This document shows, in pieces, positions 56,250 to 64,000 of a stretch of DNA of 64,000 nucleotides. Positions within the stretch are counted from its first letter, which is position 1. Each line of letters starts with the position of its first letter. Under the pieces are notes generated by a model. That model did not search any database. It saw only the letters and a list, made by a program, of their open reading frames with translations, and was not told the DNA's origin. The DNA comes from a virus: positions 3,382 to 67,381 of IMG/VR virus record IMGVR_UViG_3300010401_000036. One strand, 5' to 3'. A program made the translations under genes and the position numbers.

Positions 56250-56444
56250 ATGGCCCGCAAGCCAACCCCTAAGACAGACGTTGATCTAAACCGCTGGTGC
56301 ATCGAAATGGCGATGCGCTGGCCTGTTGTGAGCGTCTACAGCGCTGCTGGCGTCTATAGCCATGGCGGTGGTCTGCCACGACAAGAGCAGGACGCCGATG
56401 TGATCGGCCGCGCCAACAAGATCAAGGCGTGGGTGCAGTCATGA
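56250..56444 (+). CDS. hypothetical protein, first early gene
   Basis: GGAG RBS. Confidence 0.6.
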   Translation: MARKPTPKTDVDLNRWCIEMAMRWPVVSVYSAAGVYSHGGGLPRQEQDADVIGRANKIKAWVQS

Positions 56445-56845
56445 ACACCGCCCGTCACCGCACCCTAGCCACGATCCGCGTTTGCTCCGATATGGCCGCG
56501 AAGGAGCCAGCAGCGCCCGTCGTTTACTTCGTCCTCGCGGACTTCGGCTATTGCCGCACCACCGGCCGCAAGATCGGCATGGAGTGGGTAGCCCGCGATC
56601 CCGCCAACATGAGCCGGCGCGAAACCCTGATCGACATCCGCTCGGGCGAGCTGCCGAACGTCGTCCAGATCATTGAGATGGAGTTCACCGCGCAGGGCAT
56701 CAGCTCGCGGGACGTGACTGAGTCGATGCTGGAGGAAGTCGAGAGCGTCCGCCGGCCCGAGCATGCCGAGATCATGTCGAAGTTCGATCGGGTGCTGGCG
56801 CTGATCGACCATGATCGCGACGAACGCAAGCACGAGGCTGTGTGA
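56441..56845 (+). CDS. hypothetical protein
   Basis: ATGA overlap; YFVL.DFG...G.EWV.RD pattern. Confidence 0.65.
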   Translation: MNTARHRTLATIRVCSDMAAKEPAAPVVYFVLADFGYCRTTGRKIGMEWVARDPANMSRRETLIDIRSGELPNVVQIIEMEFTAQGISSRDVTESMLEEVESVRRPEHAEIMSKFDRVLALIDHDRDERKHEAV

Positions 56846-57090
56846 TGAGCGATCGCGTCGAGGTTGGGTCCATCGTCAGGGCCAAAGTCATGTCCAACAT
56901 GAAGCTTATCGAGATCGATGCATTCCTGATTAGCCGTGTCGAAAGCTGGAAGTTCGGCAAATTTTACGTCGTCCAGCAACGATACCATGGCGACACAGAA
57001 CCGAGAGAAGGTGCCCCGACACATCAATGCTCGCTCGATGACGTGACGCTGCTTTCGCCGGCTCGCAAGCACGAGGTAGCCAATGGCTGA
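56842..57090 (+). CDS. hypothetical protein
   Basis: Overlapping junctions. Confidence 0.5.
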   Translation: MMSDRVEVGSIVRAKVMSNMKLIEIDAFLISRVESWKFGKFYVVQQRYHGDTEPREGAPTHQCSLDDVTLLSPARKHEVANG

Positions 57091-57382
57091 GCCGACCAGC
57101 TTCGATATCACATGGCACCACGGCGCCTATTACGTGTCCATTCCGAACTACGGCGGCGGCACGGTCTACACGGCCGAGCATGTCGACCGCCTCACCCGCG
57201 AGAACGAGGCGATGCGGAAGGCGCTGGAGGGCATGTGCGCTGTATTTGTTCCCTTCAGGCTCAAGCCTGTTGGCGCGCCCGGGAGCTCTGCGAGAGCTGA
57301 GCAAGACGAACAAATCGCAGCATATGATAACGCCCGCGCCGCCCTTTCCTATCTCAAGGAGCCCAGCAATGCGCAAGACTGA
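57083..57382 (+). CDS. hypothetical protein
   Basis: GAGG RBS; ARAAL-type phage C-terminus. Confidence 0.6.
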   Translation: MAEPTSFDITWHHGAYYVSIPNYGGGTVYTAEHVDRLTRENEAMRKALEGMCAVFVPFRLKPVGAPGSSARAEQDEQIAAYDNARAALSYLKEPSNAQD

Positions 57383-57826
57383 TCCGGTCGAACTCACTGC
57401 CATCTATATCCGCACGCTCGCTGAGTTCGTGGCCGCCGCAATCATCATCGGCGAGGCCATCCTGATCTGCCGACTACTGACCTGGGGGAACGGATGAAAT
57501 TCACAGCTACGATCGCCCCGCCTCTCATGGCGGCACTCGCCGGCACGCTGTTCATGATCGTGGAGCACTATTACGTGGCTCCGTTGCTCGCAAGGTGGTT
57601 CGAATGACATTGGAAGATTGGAACCAGCAGGATACCGAAATCGCAGCAGCGATGGCAGTCCGAGACCTCATGAGCGCGGCAGCAACGCTCTCTGAACTGC
57701 CGGCTGAACGCATCAGGGCTGAGCGCCAAGATATCGAGTTGGTCCACCAACATCTTGTCAGACTTCTGACCCGCGCGGAACAGATGGAAGCAGCGCACTA
57801 ACTTTCAACCCCAAGGAGCTACCAAA

Positions 57827-58279
57827 ATGAATTACTCGACGGCCATTTTTCTGATCAACCCGAAGGTCCGCGCCATTCAGGCAATCTATGAGCCTGACAC
57901 GGATCAGCGCAAGTATCCGCGCTGCACCTTCAAGACGTTCGACCAGAGTATTCAGGTCGGCGACTACATCTTGGTTCCGACCGAAACGCGCCACAAGATG
58001 ACCGTGAATAAGGTCGTCGAGGTCGACGTTGAGCCCGATCTTGAAACGCCCCAGCAGATCAACTGGGTGATCGGGACGGTCGATCGCTCGATGTACGAGG
58101 AAGTCTTGGCGTCGGAAGCCAAGGCGATCGAACTGATGAAGGCGGCCGAGAAGACCCACGCCCGCGAGGAGCTGCGCAAGAAGATGATGGCGCATGTCGA
58201 CGAGACAAAGCTCGCTGCGCTGCAGATTGCCCGGATGAGTGGCGATGGCGTGGAAGCGATCGAGCCGCCGAAGGCGTAA
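57827..58279 (+). CDS. hypothetical protein (SH3-like N-terminus)
   Basis: GGAG RBS; FKT.D..I.VGD...VPT pattern. Confidence 0.75.
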   Translation: MNYSTAIFLINPKVRAIQAIYEPDTDQRKYPRCTFKTFDQSIQVGDYILVPTETRHKMTVNKVVEVDVEPDLETPQQINWVIGTVDRSMYEEVLASEAKAIELMKAAEKTHAREELRKKMMAHVDETKLAALQIARMSGDGVEAIEPPKA

Positions 58280-58897
58280 CGGAATATGGCCGTGACCTGG
58301 TGTCCTAACCTCACAGGAGCGGCCATTCCTATCAGCGGCATTCGCCGCTGATAGTTCTCTATATACATAGAGAAAAAGGTGCACGGGGAAGGTTCGTGAG
58401 GTTCTTGGACGAAGAACCTTCCCCGGAATCCTTGGAGACGAAGTTAATGCGGTGTCTTCGCTGCGGACGGAAGATGAGACTCAAACCGGACGGCTGGAGA
58501 CGATGCGCAAAGCAATGTTCGGAGATCATGGGGCTTTCTTTGCGTTGTAGTACCTTGCCTGCGGCGCGCACCGATCAGGCCACTGCAGAAACATCAAGTT
58601 GGATGCCTCGAAAAATAACTGTCGTATGGAAATCAGACCAATGACACCAACGCCTTGCAGAACCTGTGACAACGTCCACAGCACGACGCGCAAGCTGTCG
58701 TACACGCAATGGACGTGCGTTCGGTTCCCCAAGGTTGCCGGCCTCAATCCGGTCGATCCGGATGGCTGGATAGATCCTCCGTATATGCGTTGCATCGGAA
58801 TCAATGGCGGCCACTGTCAACTTTGGACGCCAAGACGAGAACCGGCAAGGGAAGCACCGGAATCAAAGCTTCCTGACACGAACTGAAAGCACATGAC

Positions 58898-59314
58898 ATG
58901 CGAATCTCTGAAGAATTTCCCAGCCAATACCTGAAAGCTTCCGATCTGCAGGGCCGCGAAATCCGCGTCACTATGGCCCGTGTCGAGCGCGAAAAGATCG
59001 GAACCGATTCCAAACTCGTGCTCTATTTCAAGGGCAAGGAAAAAGGCCTCGTTCTGAACAAGACCAACGCCGGCACGATCAGCGATGCCTACGGCGACGA
59101 TACGGACGACTGGTTCGACAACCCGCTGATTCTGTTCAGCGTGAAGACCGACTACCAGGGCAAGGTCGTGGATGCCACGCGCTGCCGTGTTCCGACCGCG
59201 AAGGATAATCGCCAGCAGGCTCCGCAGCGCCGGGCCGATCCGATCTCCAGTGGACCGGATATCGCCAATGGCGACGAACCTCCGGCGTACCACAGCGACG
59301 AAATCCCATTCTGA
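58898..59314 (+). CDS. ssDNA-binding-like protein
   Basis: FPS.YLKA.DL, K.VLYF.G..K.LVLNKTNA, YG.DT..W; acidic DEIPF tail. Confidence 0.75.
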   Translation: MRISEEFPSQYLKASDLQGREIRVTMARVEREKIGTDSKLVLYFKGKEKGLVLNKTNAGTISDAYGDDTDDWFDNPLILFSVKTDYQGKVVDATRCRVPTAKDNRQQAPQRRADPISSGPDIANGDEPPAYHSDEIPF

Positions 59315-59324
59315 GGATTGAGCA

Positions 59325-59894
59325 ATGAATCCGCTCGCCATCCGTGCAAGCTATGCTGACCTCAAGCTCGTGAAGACGCGCCAGGTCGCACAGTTGATCT
59401 TTGAGGTTCCGATCGAGGATTTCGACGCGGCTTACGAGGTGCTGGGCGGCTTGCCCAATCCTGCCAAGGAACAGTGGTTCGCAATAGCAGCTTTAGTTGC
59501 GGCGCCAGCGACGACATTCCGCTCTGTGGCGAATGTGATTGTGAGCGGAGAGAAGCGCTCAGGAGGAGATGATGACCAACGGGTAACCGCCGCGCGGCCC
59601 GAGCCGAAACAGGACAGGCCGGCTCGGGCCAAGCCAGGCGTTCGACCTTGGCGAGATATGCAGCCGCAGACACAGGCTGGGATTCGGTGCAATGACCCCG
59701 AGTTCATTGCCTTCCTTCGCGAGGAACGGCCCGACGATTGGCACGAAAGCATGGAGAATGCAGAGGAGTGCGTTCGCCTGATCTGCGGCGTTGCTTCGCG
59801 CAGGGACCTCGCGACAGACCACCGAGCGCGGGTGATCTGGCACCAGCTTGACGAGCTGTTTTTGACCCGCAAGGCGCTGGAGCGCGCGTCATGA
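59325..59894 (+). CDS. hypothetical protein
   Basis: AG.RC.D..F..FL and CG..SR.DL motifs of phage recombination-region proteins. Confidence 0.7.
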   Translation: MNPLAIRASYADLKLVKTRQVAQLIFEVPIEDFDAAYEVLGGLPNPAKEQWFAIAALVAAPATTFRSVANVIVSGEKRSGGDDDQRVTAARPEPKQDRPARAKPGVRPWRDMQPQTQAGIRCNDPEFIAFLREERPDDWHESMENAEECVRLICGVASRRDLATDHRARVIWHQLDELFLTRKALERAS

Positions 59895-60271
59895 GCCGCG
59901 CCATCCCTGAATGGATCGGAAAGACCGATGACGAAAAGGTTCCTCCCCGCGTCAAGGTCAGGGTATTTGAACGCCACGGCGGCCGTTGCCACATCTCAGG
60001 CCGGATCATTCGCGCGGGCGAGGCTTGGGAGTGCGACCACGTCATAGCGCTGGTCAACGGCGGGGAGCACCGGGAATCCAATCTGGCGCCCGTGCTGGCC
60101 GCCCCACATAAGGCCAAGACCGCGGAAGACGTAGCCGAGAAATCGAAGGTCTACCGCAAGCGCGCATATCATCTCGGAGTCGCACCGGAAAAACGGAAGA
60201 TCGTTTCAAGAGGTTTCGCCCGGCGCCAGCGCACCCATGCGGGACGGCCTCCGGTTCAACGTTTTAGCTAA
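59891..60271 (+). CDS. HNH endonuclease
   Basis: DH.IAL.NGG.H.ESNL......H..KT. Confidence 0.85.
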   Translation: MSRAIPEWIGKTDDEKVPPRVKVRVFERHGGRCHISGRIIRAGEAWECDHVIALVNGGEHRESNLAPVLAAPHKAKTAEDVAEKSKVYRKRAYHLGVAPEKRKIVSRGFARRQRTHAGRPPVQRFS

Positions 60272-60293
60272 GGGAAACAAAAGGAAACCAACT

Positions 60294-60500
60294 ATGAAGC
60301 CGAAGAACTTTCCGGGACGAAAGAACGATCGCCGCAAGGGAGCATTGGCTCGTCTCGGGTCAGATATCAGTCTTACCGGCGACGGGGAGAAAGAACGCGA
60401 GCAGCGCGCTCTCATGAGCCGCATCATCCCCGATGGGATCGCGCGCTCAATCCGCACGAAGAAAGACCGCAGTGCTCGCGGCAAGCTTCGCACCGCGTAA
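60294..60500 (+). CDS. small basic hypothetical protein
   Basis: AGGA RBS before MKPKNF. Confidence 0.5.
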   Translation: MKPKNFPGRKNDRRKGALARLGSDISLTGDGEKEREQRALMSRIIPDGIARSIRTKKDRSARGKLRTA

Positions 60501-60521
60501 ATTGGGAATTAGGGTAATCCA

Positions 60522-61253
60522 TTGATGTTTTACGTCGGCCTACACCAGCCCAGCGATGCGAAGCACTTCGACCACGCTTTCGTGAGCGTAAACCGCATTC
60601 GCGGTCGCAAGAAGCGGATCGGGGCCAGCGCGTGGATCATGGATAGCGGTGCCTTTACCGAGATAGCCACATATGGTCGCTACCGCTCGTCAGTCTACGA
60701 GTATGCTTCGGAGATTAATCGGTGGGCCGATGATCCGACGCTCGTTGCAGTTGTCGCGCAGGATTATATGTGCGAGCCGTTCATCGTCGCCAAGACCGGG
60801 CTTTCAGTCGATGAACATCAGCGTCTCACGATCGAGCGCTACGACGCCTTGGTGAAGGCGGTCGACCCGCGCGTCTATGTGATGCCGGTGCTGCAGGGTT
60901 ACATGGTCGCCGACTATCTGCGGCATCTCGCCATGTACGGCGACCGCTTGAGCCCGGGCGCGTATGTCGGCGTCGGGTCAATCTGCAAACGGAACACGGA
61001 TATCCGCCAGATCGAGGAGATTTTGACCGCGATTAAGCGCGCCCGCTCCGATCTTCGGCTGCACGGGTTTGGCCTCAAGACTACTGCTCTAAGCTCGTGG
61101 GTGGTGCGCGATTGCCTTTTCAGCGCCGACTCCATGGCATGGTCGTTTGCAGCTCGCCGCCAAGGCCGCAACGCCAATGACTGGCGCGAGGCCAAAGCGT
61201 TTATTGATCGTATTCGGATCAAACCAACTCAATTGAGCATGGAGTTCGCATGA
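60522..61253 (+). CDS. DpdA / tRNA-guanine transglycosylase-like protein
   Basis: MDSGAF, QD.MCEP, PVLQG, VGVGS.C.R, LHGFG.K, SADSMAWS: TGT-family barrel motifs. Confidence 0.75.
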   Translation: MMFYVGLHQPSDAKHFDHAFVSVNRIRGRKKRIGASAWIMDSGAFTEIATYGRYRSSVYEYASEINRWADDPTLVAVVAQDYMCEPFIVAKTGLSVDEHQRLTIERYDALVKAVDPRVYVMPVLQGYMVADYLRHLAMYGDRLSPGAYVGVGSICKRNTDIRQIEEILTAIKRARSDLRLHGFGLKTTALSSWVVRDCLFSADSMAWSFAARRQGRNANDWREAKAFIDRIRIKPTQLSMEFA

Positions 61254-61439
61254 GACACCGAACCGATAATTTCGAGAAACTGTCGCGAGCGCTCCAATTG
61301 CATGAGCAGGGCGTGGAAACGGCAGCTATAGGCGAGCGCCTTGGAATCTCCTCGCGCGAAGCAGCGCGGTCAATTGCTCAAGCGAAAGAACGTCGCACGA
61401 AATCCAGCGTTAATTGCCCCGGAAGGGAAAGGTTGAGAC

Positions 61440-61937
61440 ATGAAGATCGATCCGCCTGAATGTGGGTGCATAGACGAATGCGAGCACAAGCCGGACTGCG
61501 TGTTCGAGAGAAATTATGACGGTGCTGGATGCGGCGGCGAAGTGAAGGCATGCACGTCTGACGTGCCATGCGCTTTTGGCGCGCTGGCCCAGATCGAGAA
61601 CCTCCGCGCCCAGCTTGCGAGCGCTCATAAAGACCGCGTTGCCCTATGGCAGGCGATCAACGGGCATGGGCCGCGATGCAGGGACTGCGCTGATTTCCAC
61701 GGCAGATGCCAAGGCGATGGGCCTCCCTGCGATCCCCAGGCGCGAGCCATGCAAGAAGCTGCCAAGATAAAGGACCGGCTTGCGAGCGCGCGGAAGGTCG
61801 TTGACGCCGCGCGAGCTTATTATCTCTGTGCCGTGCAGGATGAGGCCGACGATCTGGAATGCTGCTGCACGGAAAATCAACATGAACTCGCGAAGGCGCT
61901 GCGAGATGCTTTAACTGACGAAAAAGGCAACTCGTGA
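61440..61937 (+). CDS. Cys-rich hypothetical protein
   Basis: Overlapping junctions; CRDCAD...C..G.PCDP. Confidence 0.55.
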   Translation: MKIDPPECGCIDECEHKPDCVFERNYDGAGCGGEVKACTSDVPCAFGALAQIENLRAQLASAHKDRVALWQAINGHGPRCRDCADFHGRCQGDGPPCDPQARAMQEAAKIKDRLASARKVVDAARAYYLCAVQDEADDLECCCTENQHELAKALRDALTDEKGNS

Positions 61938-62689
61938 ATGTGCTCGACCTCTTCAGCGGGATCGGCGGCCTTGCCCTCGGACTTGAACGGGCAGGCATGC
62001 ACACGGCCGCATTCTGCGAACGCGAGCCCTATTGCCGCGCCGTCCTCCGGAGGCACTGGCCGGATATCCCCTGCTATGACGACGTGCAGACCCTTGACGC
62101 TCGACGGCTGGGAGCAGACGGAATTTCCATTGACGCCATCGCCGGCGACTTCCCCTGCCAGGACATCAGTTACGCCGGCTACGGTGCCGGCCTTGAAGGC
62201 GACCGATCCGGCCTATGGTATCAGTTCGCTCGTCTCATTGGCGAGCTGGGACCCGACATCGCTGTCGTGGAGAACGTCTCAGCGCTGCTTGATCGAGGGA
62301 TGGGAGCCGTTCTCGGAACGCTTTCCGACCTCCGGTATCATGCACTTTGGGACACTGTTTCCGCATGCGCCATGGGACACCCACACATGCGACGACGAGT
62401 GTTCATTGTGGCCTACGCCCACCGCCTCGATGGATGGGAGGGGTTTCGGGATTCCTTTGCACGAGAATACCGGGCGCTACAAACTGTCGACCGTTTTGAG
62501 AGTGCACGCGCTCGTCAAAGAGCACGGCTGGCGAATCCATCCCAACTTTACGGAGGCGCTGATGGGCTTCCCTTCGGGATGGAGCGAAATCGAGCCATCG
62601 GAAACGCTGTGCCCCCGTCCGTCTCGGAAACGATCGGCAGGGCGATCATGACGGCATTATCTTCTGCAAAACGCGAGGATTCAAAATGA
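61934..62689 (+). CDS. C5-cytosine DNA methyltransferase, alpha polypeptide
   Basis: LDLFSGIGG, FPCQD.S, ENV, H.RRR.F, GNAV; motif IX absent. Confidence 0.92.
   Translation: MNVLDLFSGIGGLALGLERAGMHTAAFCEREPYCRAVLRRHWPDIPCYDDVQTLDARRLGADGISIDAIAGDFPCQDISYAGYGAGLEGDRSGLWYQFARLIGELGPDIAVVENVSALLDRGMGAVLGTLSDLRYHALWDTVSACAMGHPHMRRRVFIVAYAHRLDGWEGFRDSFAREYRALQTVDRFESARARQRARLANPSQLYGGADGLPFGMERNRAIGNAVPPSVSETIGRAIMTALSSAKREDSK
61938..62651 (+). CDS. overlapping +1-frame beta polypeptide of the methyltransferase
   Basis: Frame open along the whole gene; WPTP.AS and RIHPNFTEALMGFPSGWS (motif IX); true start uncertain. Confidence 0.75.
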   Translation: MCSTSSAGSAALPSDLNGQACTRPHSANASPIAAPSSGGTGRISPAMTTCRPLTLDGWEQTEFPLTPSPATSPARTSVTPATVPALKATDPAYGISSLVSLASWDPTSLSWRTSQRCLIEGWEPFSERFPTSGIMHFGTLFPHAPWDTHTCDDECSLWPTPTASMDGRGFGIPLHENTGRYKLSTVLRVHALVKEHGWRIHPNFTEALMGFPSGWSEIEPSETLCPRPSRKRSAGRS

Positions 62690-62931
62690 CGGACCTCCTT
62701 CGCAAGGCAATGCAGATGCGCGATGCCATCAATGATGTCGAGTTGGCGCTTGCCGGCCTGGAGATCGACACGATCGCCCGCCGGTGGGAAGACGCGCATG
62801 ATTCCGTCATGATCAAGGTCCCGCTCGGAGCCATTCGGCAGCTCGCCAATAGCTACCCAGCACTGAACTACATCATGAACACCGCCGAGTTCAATCCATC
62901 TGCTTTAACTGACGAAGAAAGAAAGTCATGA
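62686..62931 (+). CDS. hypothetical protein
   Basis: ATGA overlap with GAGG RBS. Confidence 0.55.
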   Translation: MTDLLRKAMQMRDAINDVELALAGLEIDTIARRWEDAHDSVMIKVPLGAIRQLANSYPALNYIMNTAEFNPSALTDEERKS

Positions 62932-63208
62932 CTTTCTGGATTTTCATGATGTGGGTGATCGGCGCATGGATAGCAGGATGGTGCAGCTGCATCGCATACG
63001 AGAGAGTTACCTGTGCTTCTGCGAAGGGCAAGACCGATGAGTGACGAGATCGTTGGCCGCGCAACCCGCATGGGTTGGAAACGCCGCAAGTCTGGCGACA
63101 AATTCGAGGTGGTAATCGAGATCGACGCGGCGCCAGGCTGGCCCATCGATGTCGTCTGGCGCGCAACGCCTATCACGCTTTCCATAAAGACCGCTTCAGG
63201 CACATCCA

Positions 63209-63832
63209 ATGACTGACAAGAAAGAGCACGGCGGACCAAAAGCCGCATGGATTAGGCGCCACGTCAACTATCAGGACGTGGAATGCCTGATCTTCCCGTT
63301 CCCCCGCCACAAAGACGGCTACGGCACGCTCGGACTCGACTACAAAGTGATCTATGCCCATCGCTTCATGTGCGAGCTTGTGCATGGCGATCCACCGACT
63401 GACCAGCACCAAGCCGCGCATTCATGCAATCGCGGGGACGACGGCTGCGTAAACCCTCAGCACCTTTCGTGGAAGACGCCCGGCGAGAACCACAAAGAGG
63501 CCGTTTGGCACCCCAAGATCAAGGTTGGCGTTGAGGCAGCCAAAGCAATTCGCGACATGAAGGGCATCGAAGACGTGAGCGTAACGGCCGCTCGGCATGA
63601 TATCGCCGAGATCACCGTTCGCCAGATCCAGGCCGGTCGCATGTGGAACGGAAAGGGACGAGCCGCACGACTGTTCACGGATGCCCAGGTGCAGCGTATC
63701 CGCAGCCTGAAGGGTGCCCGCGGCAAAGCCCAGGAATTGGCCGCCGAGTTTGATTGCTCGCCCCATATCATTTGGAAGATCATGAACCGGAAAACTTGGG
63801 CCCATGTGCCCGAGCTTTCGCTAACGAGTTGA
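63209..63832 (+). CDS. HNH endonuclease with C-terminal HTH repeats
   Basis: C..FP....GYG, AHR..C...HG.PP, AAHSC..G..GCVNP.HL.W.T..EN. Confidence 0.85.
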   Translation: MTDKKEHGGPKAAWIRRHVNYQDVECLIFPFPRHKDGYGTLGLDYKVIYAHRFMCELVHGDPPTDQHQAAHSCNRGDDGCVNPQHLSWKTPGENHKEAVWHPKIKVGVEAAKAIRDMKGIEDVSVTAARHDIAEITVRQIQAGRMWNGKGRAARLFTDAQVQRIRSLKGARGKAQELAAEFDCSPHIIWKIMNRKTWAHVPELSLTS

Positions 63833-64000
63833 AAAGGAAAGCAATATGAGCACCACTAACGTCTACAAACTCGGCAGCGAACCAGGAGAGATCGGCGAGT
63901 GTCGAAACTCTTGGCGCGGCGCCATGTACGTCTGGAACGATATAGCCAAGCGTTACTGTGGCATGTCCGGGTTTGGTTTCGACGAAAAGCTACACAAGAA

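Noticed and set aside
1-64000. Genome-wide TAG reassignment (alternative genetic code) suggested by the suppressor tRNA
   Set aside because: Long genes are intact under code 11, and TAG ends several genes at normal junctions (8263, 14335, 15041, 50490). Only pth2 shows an internal TAG.

Overview
The window is most of a tailed dsDNA phage genome with podovirus-like morphogenesis genes. The host is probably an alphaproteobacterium (inferred from GapR/DUF2312 and DnaA-C-domain genes). No host genes or integrase are visible. Positions ~1-56033 are read almost entirely on the minus strand. In transcription order: Cro-like gene, resolvase, C5 methylase, DnaA-C protein, replication protein with iterons, small terminase, large terminase with a class-3 LAGLIDADG intein, portal, GroES-like protein, scaffold, a nucleotide-sugar/glycosyltransferase cluster, an RNA/translation module, major capsid, adaptors, tail fibres, ejection proteins and lysis genes. 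Positions ~56250-64000 form a plus-strand early operon: SSB-like protein, HNHs, DpdA/TGT-like protein and a two-frame C5 methylase. The most unusual region is 24.5-27.5 kb. A Pth2-type peptidyl-tRNA hydrolase gene starts ATG-CGT-TAG (amber at codon 3) and is followed directly by an amber-suppressor tRNA(CUA) and a tRNA whose anticodon loop is replaced by a GAAA-capped hairpin. A separate promoter then drives three tandem Y-RNA-like hairpins (one a YrlA-type permuted tRNA mimic) and a Ro60/TROVE gene. All product calls come from motif recognition by eye; no database searches were run.
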